A DNA stretch of 56,218 nucleotides, taken from a virus. Lineage: Duplodnaviria; Caudoviricetes. The notes under the pieces are model-generated. The model was not told the origin of the DNA. It saw only the letters and a list, made by a program, of their open reading frames with translations, and made no database searches. The stretch covers positions 1-56,218 of IMG/VR virus record IMGVR_UViG_3300021961_000121; one strand, written 5' to 3'. Shown here one piece after another: positions 1 to 9,580 of this stretch (positions within the stretch are counted from its first letter, which is position 1; each line of letters starts with the position of its first letter). The position numbers and the translations under genes were made by a program.

Positions 1-283
1 ACATCATTGCCATTTGTTTGATTTCGTGTTTAGGAAACCAATTTGTAACCATCGTTGTCCAATAGTCCGATACCGCACATTCCGTTTGAGCAAATCCTAA
101 TAGAATATTACCAACCAAGTTTTTCTCAGCGACTGACAAATTTTCATTCCAATCTTTGACATCACCTTGCATTGGGATTTCGGTATGGAGCCAGAAAGCT
201 TGTGCTTGTTTCAACCAACCTTCGGTGTAATATTCTGGGTATTCAAATGGTTTAAATGGGATACGATTATCGAATAGGGACAT
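1..283 (-). CDS. nrdB: Ribonucleotide reductase class Ia beta subunit (5' part; truncated by window edge)
   Basis: Manual translation from ATG at 283: MSLFDNRIPFKPFEYPEYYTEGWLKQAQAFWLHTEIPMQGDVKDW...ILLGFAQTECAVSDYW..., a typical R2 N-terminus; AGGAG at 291-295. Not in ORF track. Confidence 0.92.
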   Translation of the reverse strand, partial: MSLFDNRIPFKPFEYPEYYTEGWLKQAQAFWLHTEIPMQGDVKDWNENLSVAEKNLVGNILLGFAQTECAVSDYWTTMVTNWFPKHEIKQMAMM

Positions 284-352
284 ACGACTTCTCCTGTAAA
301 TTGTTAGACATAAATTTTAAAATAGGTGATTATAGATATAGTGTTATTCAAG

Positions 353-1711
353 TTAAAAGTCGACATTTCCCTTCATTTCTTTATATTTTTGAGCAAGTTC
401 TTTTCTTACTAAACTCTCCCCACTTTTCATCTCTTTTTTCGTTTGTATACCATTAATGGAATCATCGTTATAGATGTGAATTTGACCGGTTGAAAAGTTA
501 GCTTTTGATGGGAAAGTCATACCATCAGGACCAAAACGATTTTTGATTACATGCCACCTGCCAGTTCCCGCGAGTTTGTCTTCAATCTTACGAGAAAGTG
601 ATACCACGAAATCAGCAGTCATCATTTTGGAGAACGAACCTGCGATTTTTGTACCTGTAATAATGTCATCTTCTGCACCACTTCGATTGATTTGAGATGC
701 TGTAAATACTGGTACTTCATACTCACCCGCCATACCACGAAGGTCCTCAATAATTTCTTCCAACTCCTCGTGTCGTTTTTCTTTTGTAGGTCCTCGTAGT
801 AGGTCTGCGTAATCGACAATCACAAGGTCAGGTTTTTTACCTTGTAGAATCATCTTATCCATATGTGCTTTTAAAGAAGTAACACCGGCAGTTTTGGTTG
901 GGTAGTGTTTTACAACAAGGTCACCTTTCACTCCTTGGACTGCCTTTTTGACATCATCCATATTGTATTTAAGATTCGCTACCGCAATACCACTCAATAC
1001 AGCATCATAACGCTGACCTACATAACCTTCATTCAATTCAAGAGTGTAGTGAGCGACGGTTTTCCCTTGTTTCATCGCGGCGACTCCGATATTAATCAAA
1101 GACCACGATTTACCAATACCCGGAGGAGCTGCGAATAGAATCAACTCCCCTTTACCAAAACCACCCTGTGTTGCCTCATCAATGACCTCCCATCCGGTTG
1201 AAACCACATTACGAACCGAATCTTCATATCGTTCCGTAATCATAACTTTGTAATCGTGACCTATATCTGAATCTTGACCAGCTTTCATAGCGGTGTCAAT
1301 CTTCTTTTTAATCACATCATACTTACCATCCTCTAAAAGTGTTACTGAATCAAGAATTGCGTTCTTAATTGACTGATTCTTACAAAAGTCAAGAACTTGG
1401 TCCTTAACATAAGTTAAATCATCACTTTCGAGGTGATTCCACGCGTATTTGAGAGTATCAACGACTGATGTACGGAGAACATCTCGTTCAATACCATTGA
1501 TTTTGACTTTGAGAACATCCAATGTAGGCATTTTCTCATATTCATCAAAATAATTCAGAATGGTCTTTACCAACCACTCCGATGCTTCAGCATCAAAGTA
1601 TTCCGGCTTGATGATATCATAGATTTGTCGTGTAAACGACCTATCCGATATCATTGCGGATATTACCTTTTGTTGAAAGGTGGTACTAAACTTGTTTCCG
1701 AACTTCTCCAT
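353..1711 (-). CDS. Replicative DnaB/T4 gp41-like helicase
   Basis: Walker A APPGIGKS, IVDYADLL, ASQINR and KNRFG SF4 helicase motifs. Confidence 0.92.
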   Translation of the reverse strand: MEKFGNKFSTTFQQKVISAMISDRSFTRQIYDIIKPEYFDAEASEWLVKTILNYFDEYEKMPTLDVLKVKINGIERDVLRTSVVDTLKYAWNHLESDDLTYVKDQVLDFCKNQSIKNAILDSVTLLEDGKYDVIKKKIDTAMKAGQDSDIGHDYKVMITERYEDSVRNVVSTGWEVIDEATQGGFGKGELILFAAPPGIGKSWSLINIGVAAMKQGKTVAHYTLELNEGYVGQRYDAVLSGIAVANLKYNMDDVKKAVQGVKGDLVVKHYPTKTAGVTSLKAHMDKMILQGKKPDLVIVDYADLLRGPTKEKRHEELEEIIEDLRGMAGEYEVPVFTASQINRSGAEDDIITGTKIAGSFSKMMTADFVVSLSRKIEDKLAGTGRWHVIKNRFGPDGMTFPSKANFSTGQIHIYNDDSINGIQTKKEMKSGESLVRKELAQKYKEMKGNVDF

Positions 1712-1718
1712 ATGACTA

Positions 1719-1749
1719 CAAATATACGACTTTATTTTGAGATATCAAA
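1719..1749 (-). promoter_or_regulatory. Bacteroidota-type sigma70 promoter (TTTG -33 / TATATTTG -7) for helicase
   Basis: Minus-strand TATATTTG at 1719-1726 (TAnnTTTG consensus), 7 nt before ATG; TTTG at about 1746-1749. Confidence 0.7.
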
Positions 1750-2784
1750 ATGATTTTTTAGATTATTTTCCAAAGATGTGAATGAGTTCCTTAACCACGA
1801 GTCCACATTGGCGAAAGCAGTGTAAAGTTTGTCATACATAAACATCTTTTTAAATTCCACCAAGTCCAAAGAGGGTCGGTGGTCATCCATAATGTTTCGT
1901 ACATTTGAAGTAATAGAAGAGGAGATTTCGGGCTCCTTCAGTTGCATTAACCTATAATTTGTCTGAATTGTTGTCGTATTTTCAATCAACTTTTGCGACA
2001 ACTTTGAATCACATTCTGATGTGACTTTCGATAGGAATTCATCCATATCGAGTTCTGAATCATTTAGGAAATCCATTTTAGAGTGAATTGTTTTTTCACC
2101 TATCCCACGAACTCCCTCAATGTTGTCCGATTTATCACCTGTGATGACTCGATACCAAATTAGGTTTTGGGGAATGACTCCATACTCTTCTTTTACGAGA
2201 GCTTCATCGTACATCTTCTTCTTCGTAGGCGCCCACACTTTGATTCGTGGATTTACCAACTGAAGAAAGTCCTTATCGGATGAAATGATTGTAACTTCTT
2301 TTTTGAAGTAATGATTTGCGAGATATGCGATGATATCATCGGCTTCTACATAATCAATGTAGGTTAGGGTTACAGGCAATACTTGAAGATATTCAATCAG
2401 TCGTGCGAATTGTTTACGCATCGATTCTTGTTGGTCTTCAAGGTCCTCGTATCCAGCAAGTCGATTGATTTTGGTTAAACCAGTACGACCCTCTTTATAC
2501 TCTTTGTAATAGCTCTTTCTACGATTCGAACCACCCTTTCCATCAAAGACAATAATAACACGAGTTGGTTTCAATGTTCTGATGGTAGCAGCGGTGGACA
2601 AGAGAAACCCTGTCACACCACCACAATGTTCACCATCATCGTTAAGCGCAGGAACTGCCCCAAAGACACGAATAAACTGATTCAGACCATCGATAATTAA
2701 GACCCGGTCATTGAGTTCTTCGTTTTTGTTTTCGTTATGTTCTTTACTAACTTCCTTGAGTAGTTCCTTATACTTATTAATCAT
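1732..2784 (-). CDS. 5'-3' exonuclease / flap endonuclease (T4 RNase H / Pol I 5'-nuclease-like)
   Basis: IIDGLN, VFDGKG, EADDIIA, SSDKDFLQL, GDKSDNIEGVRGIGEKT (H3TH) motifs. Confidence 0.92.
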   Translation of the reverse strand: MINKYKELLKEVSKEHNENKNEELNDRVLIIDGLNQFIRVFGAVPALNDDGEHCGGVTGFLLSTAATIRTLKPTRVIIVFDGKGGSNRRKSYYKEYKEGRTGLTKINRLAGYEDLEDQQESMRKQFARLIEYLQVLPVTLTYIDYVEADDIIAYLANHYFKKEVTIISSDKDFLQLVNPRIKVWAPTKKKMYDEALVKEEYGVIPQNLIWYRVITGDKSDNIEGVRGIGEKTIHSKMDFLNDSELDMDEFLSKVTSECDSKLSQKLIENTTTIQTNYRLMQLKEPEISSSITSNVRNIMDDHRPSLDLVEFKKMFMYDKLYTAFANVDSWLRNSFTSLENNLKNHFDISK

Positions 2785-3913
2785 CGAAATCGGTTAATTC
2801 TATGTTGTCAATATTTGATTCTGCGCTGGACTCTTTGTAAGACATAATGTATGTTTCACAAATGTCGTTGTAAATGGTTTCTTTTAAGTCGGGTCGTTCT
2901 GACAAAAACTCTTCAAAGTTTTTAGCTTGGAATTTGGTTTCCTCACCGGTAACTTTGTCCACATAAGTGTACCAAGCACCACTTTGATTTACGAGTTTAT
3001 ATGTCTTCATCATTTCTAACCAAGAACCATAATTGTCGATACCACTATCAAAGTAGATATCGTAGTCAATCGAACGAAGGGGTGGGCCCATACGATTCTT
3101 AATGACTTGAGCACGGGTCTTAATACCCACTACTTGGTCTACACCACCTACCTTGGATTTTAACTGACCCATTTGTTTGAGTCGGAGTCGACAAGATGAG
3201 TGGAATGCGATTGCCTTACCACCACTTGTAGTCCAAGGGTCACCGAATGATACTCCCAAACGAGTACGGAGTTGGTTGGTGAAGATTAAACAAATTCGTT
3301 CACGACCAATCAAGTTAGTTACTTTTCTCATCGCCTTTGAGATGATGATTGCCTTTTGAGTGGCGTAACCGGCTTGGTCATAATCAGCTGAAATCTCAAC
3401 CTTTGTAGAAGCACCTGCAACGGAGTCGACTACGATAGTTACCAATTTCTTCTTTGACCCATCTGCGGCTCTGACTGATTCAATAATCGAGTCGATTGCC
3501 TCAAAGATGTCTTCCACGGTTTCAAGAGGTACATACAACATCTTTTTGATGTCAACCCCAATTGCCATAAGAAAATCTTGGTTCATTGCGTTTTCGGTGT
3601 CAATGTAAACACCAAGCCCACCCTTCTTTTGAGTGTCCGCAATAGCGTGAGCTGCGAGTAATGATTTACCACTCCCTTCCAAACCTGTAATCTCGGTGAT
3701 TCGACCCACAGGCAAACCGCCGTTGGGGCGGTTTGCGATTGCGAGGTCTAACATCGGTGAGCCAGTAGATACCCAATCATCCAAGTCGGTGGGTGTCTGC
3801 TCTGACCCATCCAAGAAGAAAGCTACTTTGTGGGCAGCTTTAAACTTCTTGTTTAGATTAGAGGCAAGAATAGAAGATAACTCATCACGAGTTGATTCTA
3901 CTTTCTTTGCCAT
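2777..3913 (-). CDS. uvsX: RecA/UvsX recombinase
   Basis: STGSPMLD, GLPVGRITEITGLEGSGKS, VVDSVA, IFTNQLR, TSGGKA, KNR RecA motifs. Confidence 0.95.
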   Translation of the reverse strand: MAKKVESTRDELSSILASNLNKKFKAAHKVAFFLDGSEQTPTDLDDWVSTGSPMLDLAIANRPNGGLPVGRITEITGLEGSGKSLLAAHAIADTQKKGGLGVYIDTENAMNQDFLMAIGVDIKKMLYVPLETVEDIFEAIDSIIESVRAADGSKKKLVTIVVDSVAGASTKVEISADYDQAGYATQKAIIISKAMRKVTNLIGRERICLIFTNQLRTRLGVSFGDPWTTSGGKAIAFHSSCRLRLKQMGQLKSKVGGVDQVVGIKTRAQVIKNRMGPPLRSIDYDIYFDSGIDNYGSWLEMMKTYKLVNQSGAWYTYVDKVTGEETKFQAKNFEEFLSERPDLKETIYNDICETYIMSYKESSAESNIDNIELTDFDD

Positions 3914-3923
3914 AAATTTTTAA

Positions 3924-4685
3924 TTAGTCGTTGAATAGGTCATCAAATGCGTCTTTGACATTCGAAGCGGGTGCCGCGGTAGCGGTCTTTGTGGTTGTGT
4001 CAGCAACCGGCTCCTCCGAAGTGTCAGCAACTTTACCAGTTTCCAACCATTGTTCCAACATACCTTGCATTTCATCGTAAGAAACACGCTTGAACATCGT
4101 AGTCAAATCAATCTGATTTTTTGCGATTTCCAAAATGTTTTTGTCCTCTGAAATAGGAGTGGTTGATGGTTTTACACGGATGTAAGTTTCTGGGTAAGAT
4201 TTACCAACTTCAGCAGCGGTCTTGAATTCAACCGTGATATCACGACCATTTACAGGGTCAGTCAAATCACCATAGTCAGGGTCAGCAAAGAACCCAAGAA
4301 GTTCTTGGTAAACATTCTTACCAAATCCCCAAAACTTAACACCTTCGGACTCTTCACCACGAACCAAGATAGGTACATAGGTACGCATCTTTGGAGTCAA
4401 TTGGCGTGACAATTGGTAATCATCACGATTGCCAGTTGCCTTCAACTTCTCAGCAAACTCTACGATAGGGTCAGCCTCACCGAAAGACATCGGAGAGATG
4501 ATGTTCTTACCGCCAAAGTCAAAATGGAAGTAAAGTTCCAAGAAGGGGTTTGAGGTGTTGTGGACATAAGGGAGAATCCTTACTTGTTGTTTGCCGGGAG
4601 TCGGCTTCCACAAATTGTCTGTTTTTGTTACTTTTGTCTGAAGAGTGTTCAGACGGTTACGGATTGCGTTCAAATCAATAGCCAT
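3924..4685 (-). CDS. Single-stranded DNA-binding protein, T4 gp32-like
   Basis: WKP..G...VRILP, DLTDPVNGRDI, acidic C-terminal tail DAFDDLFND; adjacent to recA. Confidence 0.85.
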   Translation of the reverse strand: MAIDLNAIRNRLNTLQTKVTKTDNLWKPTPGKQQVRILPYVHNTSNPFLELYFHFDFGGKNIISPMSFGEADPIVEFAEKLKATGNRDDYQLSRQLTPKMRTYVPILVRGEESEGVKFWGFGKNVYQELLGFFADPDYGDLTDPVNGRDITVEFKTAAEVGKSYPETYIRVKPSTTPISEDKNILEIAKNQIDLTTMFKRVSYDEMQGMLEQWLETGKVADTSEEPVADTTTKTATAAPASNVKDAFDDLFND

Positions 4686-4724
4686 AATTTTCCTTTTTTT
4701 AATTGTTAATTGTTAAACTTGTCA

Positions 4725-4758
4725 CTAATATACAACATTTGGTTGACAATTCCAAATG
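4725..4758 (-). promoter_or_regulatory. Bacteroidota-type promoter with internal inverted repeat, upstream of SSB
   Basis: Minus strand CATTTGG-N9-CCAAATG-TTG-TATATTAG. Confidence 0.55.
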
Positions 4759-4824
4759 TATTTCAAAATATTTTTTTATTTTTCAGTTTTTGTGGGTTAT
4801 ACCTGTTGGTATTGTACCTACTGG

Positions 4825-4832
4825 TATAAATA
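4825..4832 (-). promoter_or_regulatory. Putative late promoter motif TATTTATA
   Basis: Copy of the intergenic motif seen more than 15 times in this window. Confidence 0.55.
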
Positions 4833-4839
4833 TCTAAAA

Positions 4840-5229
4840 CTATTTGTTAACATCAATAATACGGAACAAATTTGTCTTCATAATCTTGTAACTATCACCA
4901 TCGGTTAGGATGAGTGTATTACGATAATATTCCCAATCCACCTGATACGATTTGTCTTCGATACCGCCATTCAATGAGGTGATTAATCGGTTTAATGCGT
5001 TGATGGTATACATTGTGTTTGTTTCTTTTTTACGATGTACCATAATAGTTCCTGGCAAGAATCGGTGTTCTGGATGTGGAATGATATTATAACTCACAAC
5101 CAATTCTTTTGAGGGCTCTAACTTTAGTACAAATATTTTTCTACTGAATAAATCATACTTAAATACTTTCTCTATAATAGTATCAAATGACTCCTCATTA
5201 GTAAAGGTGCATAATAATTGTGTTCTCAC
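4840..5229 (-). CDS. Conserved phage hypothetical protein
   Basis: 129 aa ORF; GGAG upstream; fills the space between neighbours. Confidence 0.75.
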   Translation of the reverse strand: MRTQLLCTFTNEESFDTIIEKVFKYDLFSRKIFVLKLEPSKELVVSYNIIPHPEHRFLPGTIMVHRKKETNTMYTINALNRLITSLNGGIEDKSYQVDWEYYRNTLILTDGDSYKIMKTNLFRIIDVNK

Positions 5230-5244
5230 TCATATCTCCGTATA

Positions 5245-7095
5245 TTATTTTGAATATGTGTCTTCGTTTGCTTGTTTTAGTATTTTTGCAAATCTCTTAT
5301 CAAGTGTCATTTCAAATTTCATTTGTCCACCATACCCCACACCATCCTCACGGACCTTGATTTCAGCTAATGGTATGATTTTATCGCCAATTTCGGCTTT
5401 ATATCCCAAGAACGGAGGTGGGCCGGGTTGGGCACTTAATTTCTCTTTAATCTCATCGTAGCTATCAGTTCCAAAGATTTTCTTCATAACTTTTTTGTCA
5501 AGAGAATTATCACCAATAGCCATAGTTTCCTCACCATCGGATACAGCTTTTAATGGAAATTCCGAACGGATTTCTTTTAGCATACCAGCCTTCATTTTTG
5601 GATTTTCGGTAATGGCTTTTACAGCTTTTTCTTGGAACTCACGATGGGTACGATTAACCTCATCAATGTGTTGTTTAGCAGTTTCATTGCCAGAGTCAGC
5701 AAGAGCTTTAATCGCTTCCAAAACAACTTTAGATTTACCACGACTACCCTTACCATTTTTAGTATCTTCGAGAGCTTGAGCAAAATCAATCTTTTTAGAT
5801 TCCATTGTCTTTTTAAGCTCTAATGCTTGAGGTGAATTCGAATTTAAAAGAGATTCAACTTCTGACTTTAATTTAGAACCAGTAGATACCAAGGATTCTC
5901 TTTGTTTGTCACGATAGACATTCTGATTTATTTCATCTGGTAAGTTTGCATCCCATTCGTTAAATTTACCAGCTCCCGAATTTAAAAAGTTAACTTCAGT
6001 TGATTTTTTCAAAGAAACCTCTTTTAAGATTTCCTTACCATCTGTTGTTTTTAACTTTATGTACATATCGGTAGAAAATCCTTTGTTCTTTTGATAGTTT
6101 TTCATACCCAATGATTCTACATCATTTTGTGTATCCCAAGCGGTAGCAGTAACTTCGGCATTTGGAAATTCACTTGCAATATTATTGAGGATTGCTTTTC
6201 TATTGTTTTGAGAAGCTTTAATCCAAGATTTAGTGACAATACGAGAACCCTCTGTTTTTAACTTTGGATTATTTTTAATCAATGCGGCTTCGTGTTCTAA
6301 AAGAGAGTTTGTGAATTTATTAAATTCAGCATCACTCATAGATGTTCCCATCATAGTCATTAACTCACCAGCTTGGGCGGAAATTTGACCAGCACCACCA
6401 GGAATGTCACTATAATGAGTCCATTTTGTACCATCACCTGTTGGTCTTGTATTCATCATTCGTTCCAAAGCAGTTAGATACTTTTTAGGAAACTTTGGAT
6501 TATTAACTAAATCTTCTGGTAATTTATATGGTTCAGGTGGTACTGGGTTTGCAAACTTCTTATTTCGTTTTTCAAACTCAGCATCATTTGGTTCTAATGG
6601 TCTATTGAATTCTTCACTTTTTAAAGAATCTACTTTTTCAAGTGATTTATCTTTATGACCAACATACCCATTATCTTGTGGTTCTGAAGTTTTCTTTTCG
6701 GCTTGTTCAATATCATCTTTAGTCGCAGGGTCTTGGGTTGATGGGTTAAAGTTTTTAACTTGATATACCGAACCTGATTTTTTGTTCTTTACCCAAGTAT
6801 CTTCATCTAATTCTTGAGTTTTCTTTTCAGAGTGTTTATCTTTTTCAAGTTGAGTCATCATACCCAACTTTTCTTTATCAAGTTCTTTATCATCACCAAC
6901 TTCGGGCTCTTCACCCTTAACACCCTCTACTTCTAAAAGGGATGTGATATACGCTTCTGCAAATTCTTCATCTACAAGTTCGGATACAACTTTATATGTA
7001 GCCGACAACGACTCTTCCGATGTGATACCTTCTGACAGGTTCACACCGACTTCATTCCAAACTTTTCTGGCTATAAAATCAAAGAGTTTCTTCAT
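5245..7095 (-). CDS. Hypothetical protein, possible PD-(D/E)xK nuclease-like domain
   Basis: 616 aa; acidic N-terminus; TDMYIK...EVSLKK resembles a PD-(D/E)xK core; late motif at 7099-7106. Confidence 0.5.
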   Translation of the reverse strand: MKKLFDFIARKVWNEVGVNLSEGITSEESLSATYKVVSELVDEEFAEAYITSLLEVEGVKGEEPEVGDDKELDKEKLGMMTQLEKDKHSEKKTQELDEDTWVKNKKSGSVYQVKNFNPSTQDPATKDDIEQAEKKTSEPQDNGYVGHKDKSLEKVDSLKSEEFNRPLEPNDAEFEKRNKKFANPVPPEPYKLPEDLVNNPKFPKKYLTALERMMNTRPTGDGTKWTHYSDIPGGAGQISAQAGELMTMMGTSMSDAEFNKFTNSLLEHEAALIKNNPKLKTEGSRIVTKSWIKASQNNRKAILNNIASEFPNAEVTATAWDTQNDVESLGMKNYQKNKGFSTDMYIKLKTTDGKEILKEVSLKKSTEVNFLNSGAGKFNEWDANLPDEINQNVYRDKQRESLVSTGSKLKSEVESLLNSNSPQALELKKTMESKKIDFAQALEDTKNGKGSRGKSKVVLEAIKALADSGNETAKQHIDEVNRTHREFQEKAVKAITENPKMKAGMLKEIRSEFPLKAVSDGEETMAIGDNSLDKKVMKKIFGTDSYDEIKEKLSAQPGPPPFLGYKAEIGDKIIPLAEIKVREDGVGYGGQMKFEMTLDKRFAKILKQANEDTYSK

Positions 7096-7107
7096 AGATA
7101 TAAATAG

Positions 7108-8331
7108 TTAAATTAGTGTCCTTACCATATTACCATAATTGTTACCAACCTCTACCTCGGTAGGGAAACCATCAATCTCCATAACCTCTTTAATCCTCTT
7201 TATATATTCTACGCCATCATCTGGGTGTACATCAAACAATATAGAGTCGTATGTGTACAAGACCGGCAAGGACTTTTGAGTGAGTTTCAGTTGAAACAAT
7301 TTCTCCAATATAAGTATGTTCCGTTCCGTTTCAACGGATTGTAAAATATAGTTAAATAGCTTATTTTTGTTTAAATCATTCGATTTTTCTATCCTTCGTT
7401 TAAGGATTGGAGTTTCCACATATCCATTTTGTTGAAATTGACTCCAAAGAGAATCGATGTACTCGGAGGTTTTCTGAAAATATGGTATGTGTTTGTATTC
7501 ATCCTGCACCCCACCATATAATTGTCGGAAGGTAATCGCTTTGGCGTCTTTTAGGTCAGCACCATATTGGTCAGCTAACCATTGGTGAGCTTTCACATCC
7601 AACGGAATGTTGATACCAATTAGTTTACCAATCAATCGTGGATGGTATCCATCAAAGTCAAGTTGGTATAACTTACCCCCTTCAAATCGTGATATGAATC
7701 GGTCACGAACACCACCATCTTTGGGTAGGGCGGCATAGTTAATACCACCAAATGTGTTCGAGGGTCGTGATGTTGTAGTCAACATATTGTATTGGGTGTA
7801 TTCTATACCCGTTAGGGTATGAATTCCACTCTTCTCTATCCAATTGTACCCTTTGGGGTATAGTTGACTGAATTTGGATGGGGCGATGTTATCCCACTTC
7901 TTCTTCCACTCTTGGAATTGTTCGTAGTGTTTCCAAATTGGAATGAGGTCGTTACCTCGTGGAGCTTTTCTCCTACGGAACACGGTATAGATAGGTTTTT
8001 CATCTACCTCGAAATCTGACGCCTGATGGAATAACTCCATTTCAAGGTCGTACATATTATCTACAAAGTCATAATGGTGTAAGAGGTCTTTTAAACCCAC
8101 TACCCACACCTCTTTAAACTGACTGAAATCTATTGTGTCAGTAATTCCGTTTGCGTCTATGTTATGATAGTTGATAAACAAATCCAAATCCCCATCCGAT
8201 ATCAAAATAGCGGATATACGAGAAGACCTTGGATGTTTCTCTAAACTTGACAGAATAGGAAACACCAAGACCTTCTCTTTCAAATGAGAGAGATGTTTAT
8301 AAAAATCTTCGGATGTGTCTACTATCTTCAC
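7108..8331 (-). CDS. polA: Short, divergent family A DNA polymerase
   Basis: Motif A LDFDGYHPRL, motif B KAITFRQLYG, motif C YTYDSILF. Start moved to GTG 8331 because the track's N-terminal extension crosses a promoter. Confidence 0.8.
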   Translation of the reverse strand: MKIVDTSEDFYKHLSHLKEKVLVFPILSSLEKHPRSSRISAILISDGDLDLFINYHNIDANGITDTIDFSQFKEVWVVGLKDLLHHYDFVDNMYDLEMELFHQASDFEVDEKPIYTVFRRRKAPRGNDLIPIWKHYEQFQEWKKKWDNIAPSKFSQLYPKGYNWIEKSGIHTLTGIEYTQYNMLTTTSRPSNTFGGINYAALPKDGGVRDRFISRFEGGKLYQLDFDGYHPRLIGKLIGINIPLDVKAHQWLADQYGADLKDAKAITFRQLYGGVQDEYKHIPYFQKTSEYIDSLWSQFQQNGYVETPILKRRIEKSNDLNKNKLFNYILQSVETERNILILEKLFQLKLTQKSLPVLYTYDSILFDVHPDDGVEYIKRIKEVMEIDGFPTEVEVGNNYGNMVRTLI

Positions 8332-8336
8332 GAAGA

Positions 8337-8344
8337 CAAATATA
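8337..8344 (-). promoter_or_regulatory. Bacteroidota-type -7 promoter element for polA
   Basis: Minus-strand TATATTTG 5 nt before GTG. Confidence 0.65.
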
Positions 8345-8350
8345 CAAAAT

Positions 8351-8551
8351 TTATTCGACTTCTCCAAACATCATCACCCATTCTTTTGGAGTGATGCCTG
8401 AAATGATGAACTCGCGTTCACTTGGAGAAAGGTGTGGGAACACCTCTTGTGCTAACTGACCATTCGTGTGAGAGGTCAGTTGTTCCTCGGTGACAGGAAG
8501 GTCCATAACATTCCATTCACCACTCAAAGGGGACTTCTTTTCTATTAACAT
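8351..8551 (-). CDS. Small phage hypothetical protein
   Basis: 66 aa, FPHLSPSEREFIISGITPKEW; part of a tightly packed small-gene island. Confidence 0.75.
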   Translation of the reverse strand: MLIEKKSPLSGEWNVMDLPVTEEQLTSHTNGQLAQEVFPHLSPSEREFIISGITPKEWVMMFGEVE

Positions 8552-8553
8552 AT

Positions 8554-8640
8554 TTAATCAATTAATCCTAACTCACGAAGAACTTCTTGTTCCTCTTCCC
8601 ACTCATCTGCCTGAACTTCGATATCTCTATAATTCCACAT
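8554..8640 (-). CDS. 28-aa acidic peptide (not in ORF track)
   Basis: MWNYRDIEVQADEWEEEQEVLRELGLID*; ATG overlaps the upstream TAA (TAATG) and the ORF exactly fills the gap. Confidence 0.65.
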   Translation of the reverse strand: MWNYRDIEVQADEWEEEQEVLRELGLID

Positions 8641-8858
8641 TATCGGTAAAGAGTTACAAACATTCCAAAGTTTTCATCAAACACCTCAAGAAGATGTTCG
8701 TAGTCACCACTCATCATTTCTTTTTGAATCTCGTTACCATCCAAACCTAATTGTTTGGCGAGGTTCTTAGCAGTTCCAAGAAGAAAGAATGCGTTACCTT
8801 GAGGACCGGTGAGGTCAATTTCAATACCTCGTGTTTGGGGTTTACTTACGATAGCCAT
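8640..8858 (-). CDS. Small phage hypothetical protein
   Basis: 72 aa, IDLTGPQGNAF...MSGDYEHLL. Confidence 0.78.
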   Translation of the reverse strand: MAIVSKPQTRGIEIDLTGPQGNAFFLLGTAKNLAKQLGLDGNEIQKEMMSGDYEHLLEVFDENFGMFVTLYR

Positions 8859-8864
8859 ATCTGA

Positions 8865-9137
8865 TTATTTTACGATTTCAATCATTGACAAAGGAACAGT
8901 GTAAGAACCAAAACCATTAAGGAGTTTAAGAACCGCCTTGGTTCGGTTAATCTTTTCAACACGAAGTTGTTTACCATACAACTTGGGGTGGTTAACCTTG
9001 ACATTAGCACCCAAGTAGAGTTCCTCTTTAACATCAAGGGCGACCTCATACTTCTTCATCTTAATGACTTCAATCACTTTGGCGTTCAAAGCACGGAGTT
9101 CTTCGATGGACATTCGGTTTAATTCAGCGTAATTCAT
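8865..9137 (-). CDS. Small hypothetical protein (possible SH3/KOW-like C-terminus)
   Basis: 90 aa, directly downstream of a repeated promoter cassette. Confidence 0.7.
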   Translation of the reverse strand: MNYAELNRMSIEELRALNAKVIEVIKMKKYEVALDVKEELYLGANVKVNHPKLYGKQLRVEKINRTKAVLKLLNGFGSYTVPLSMIEIVK

Positions 9138-9157
9138 TTTTTACTTTTTAATTGTTT

Positions 9158-9232
9158 ATCTCTCAATCTTACAGTGTAAATCTACGACATATATTTCATA
9201 TATCCAAATTTCTAATGTTATCAAATTGTTAA
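9158..9232 (-). promoter_or_regulatory. Repeated early promoter cassette, copy 1
   Basis: Gap-free collinear with 9908-9982 (offset 750): TAACA-N6-TAACA, TTGGATA, TTTACACTGTAA, TGAGAGATA. Confidence 0.7.
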
Positions 9233-9573
9233 ATCTTTTCGAGGAAAAAGGAGAAATTGGCGTTCCAAAGTCGGTCATCATCACTTTCTACATCTTGAAT
9301 GTCGTTGATTTTAACACGATACCCATCAATAATCATATTGTGGACTGAAAGGATTGCTTCCTCTTCAAGGTATTCCCAATCATTATATCCTCGTTTTTTG
9401 AAATAAAACCCATCACGACCATTATACCAACCACTACCAATATAGGGTACATTGGTGTACTTAATCTCTTGGTGTTCTTTCCAATGTTCAAAGTCACTTT
9501 CAAACTCAAGATTAACACTCCTATCGACAAGGACTTGAGCGAGATTTACAAAAACTGATTGTTCTATATTCAT
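9229..9573 (-). CDS. Hypothetical protein
   Basis: 114 aa ORF in small-gene island. Confidence 0.65.
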   Translation of the reverse strand: MNIEQSVFVNLAQVLVDRSVNLEFESDFEHWKEHQEIKYTNVPYIGSGWYNGRDGFYFKKRGYNDWEYLEEEAILSVHNMIIDGYRVKINDIQDVESDDDRLWNANFSFFLEKI

Positions 9574-9580
9574 ATCTTAA

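Noticed and set aside
8332-8367. ORF-track N-terminal extensions (also at 10618, 17912, 27968, 52306, 54380)
   Set aside because: They run through promoters or upstream genes; downstream starts fit coupling, SD or promoter positions better.
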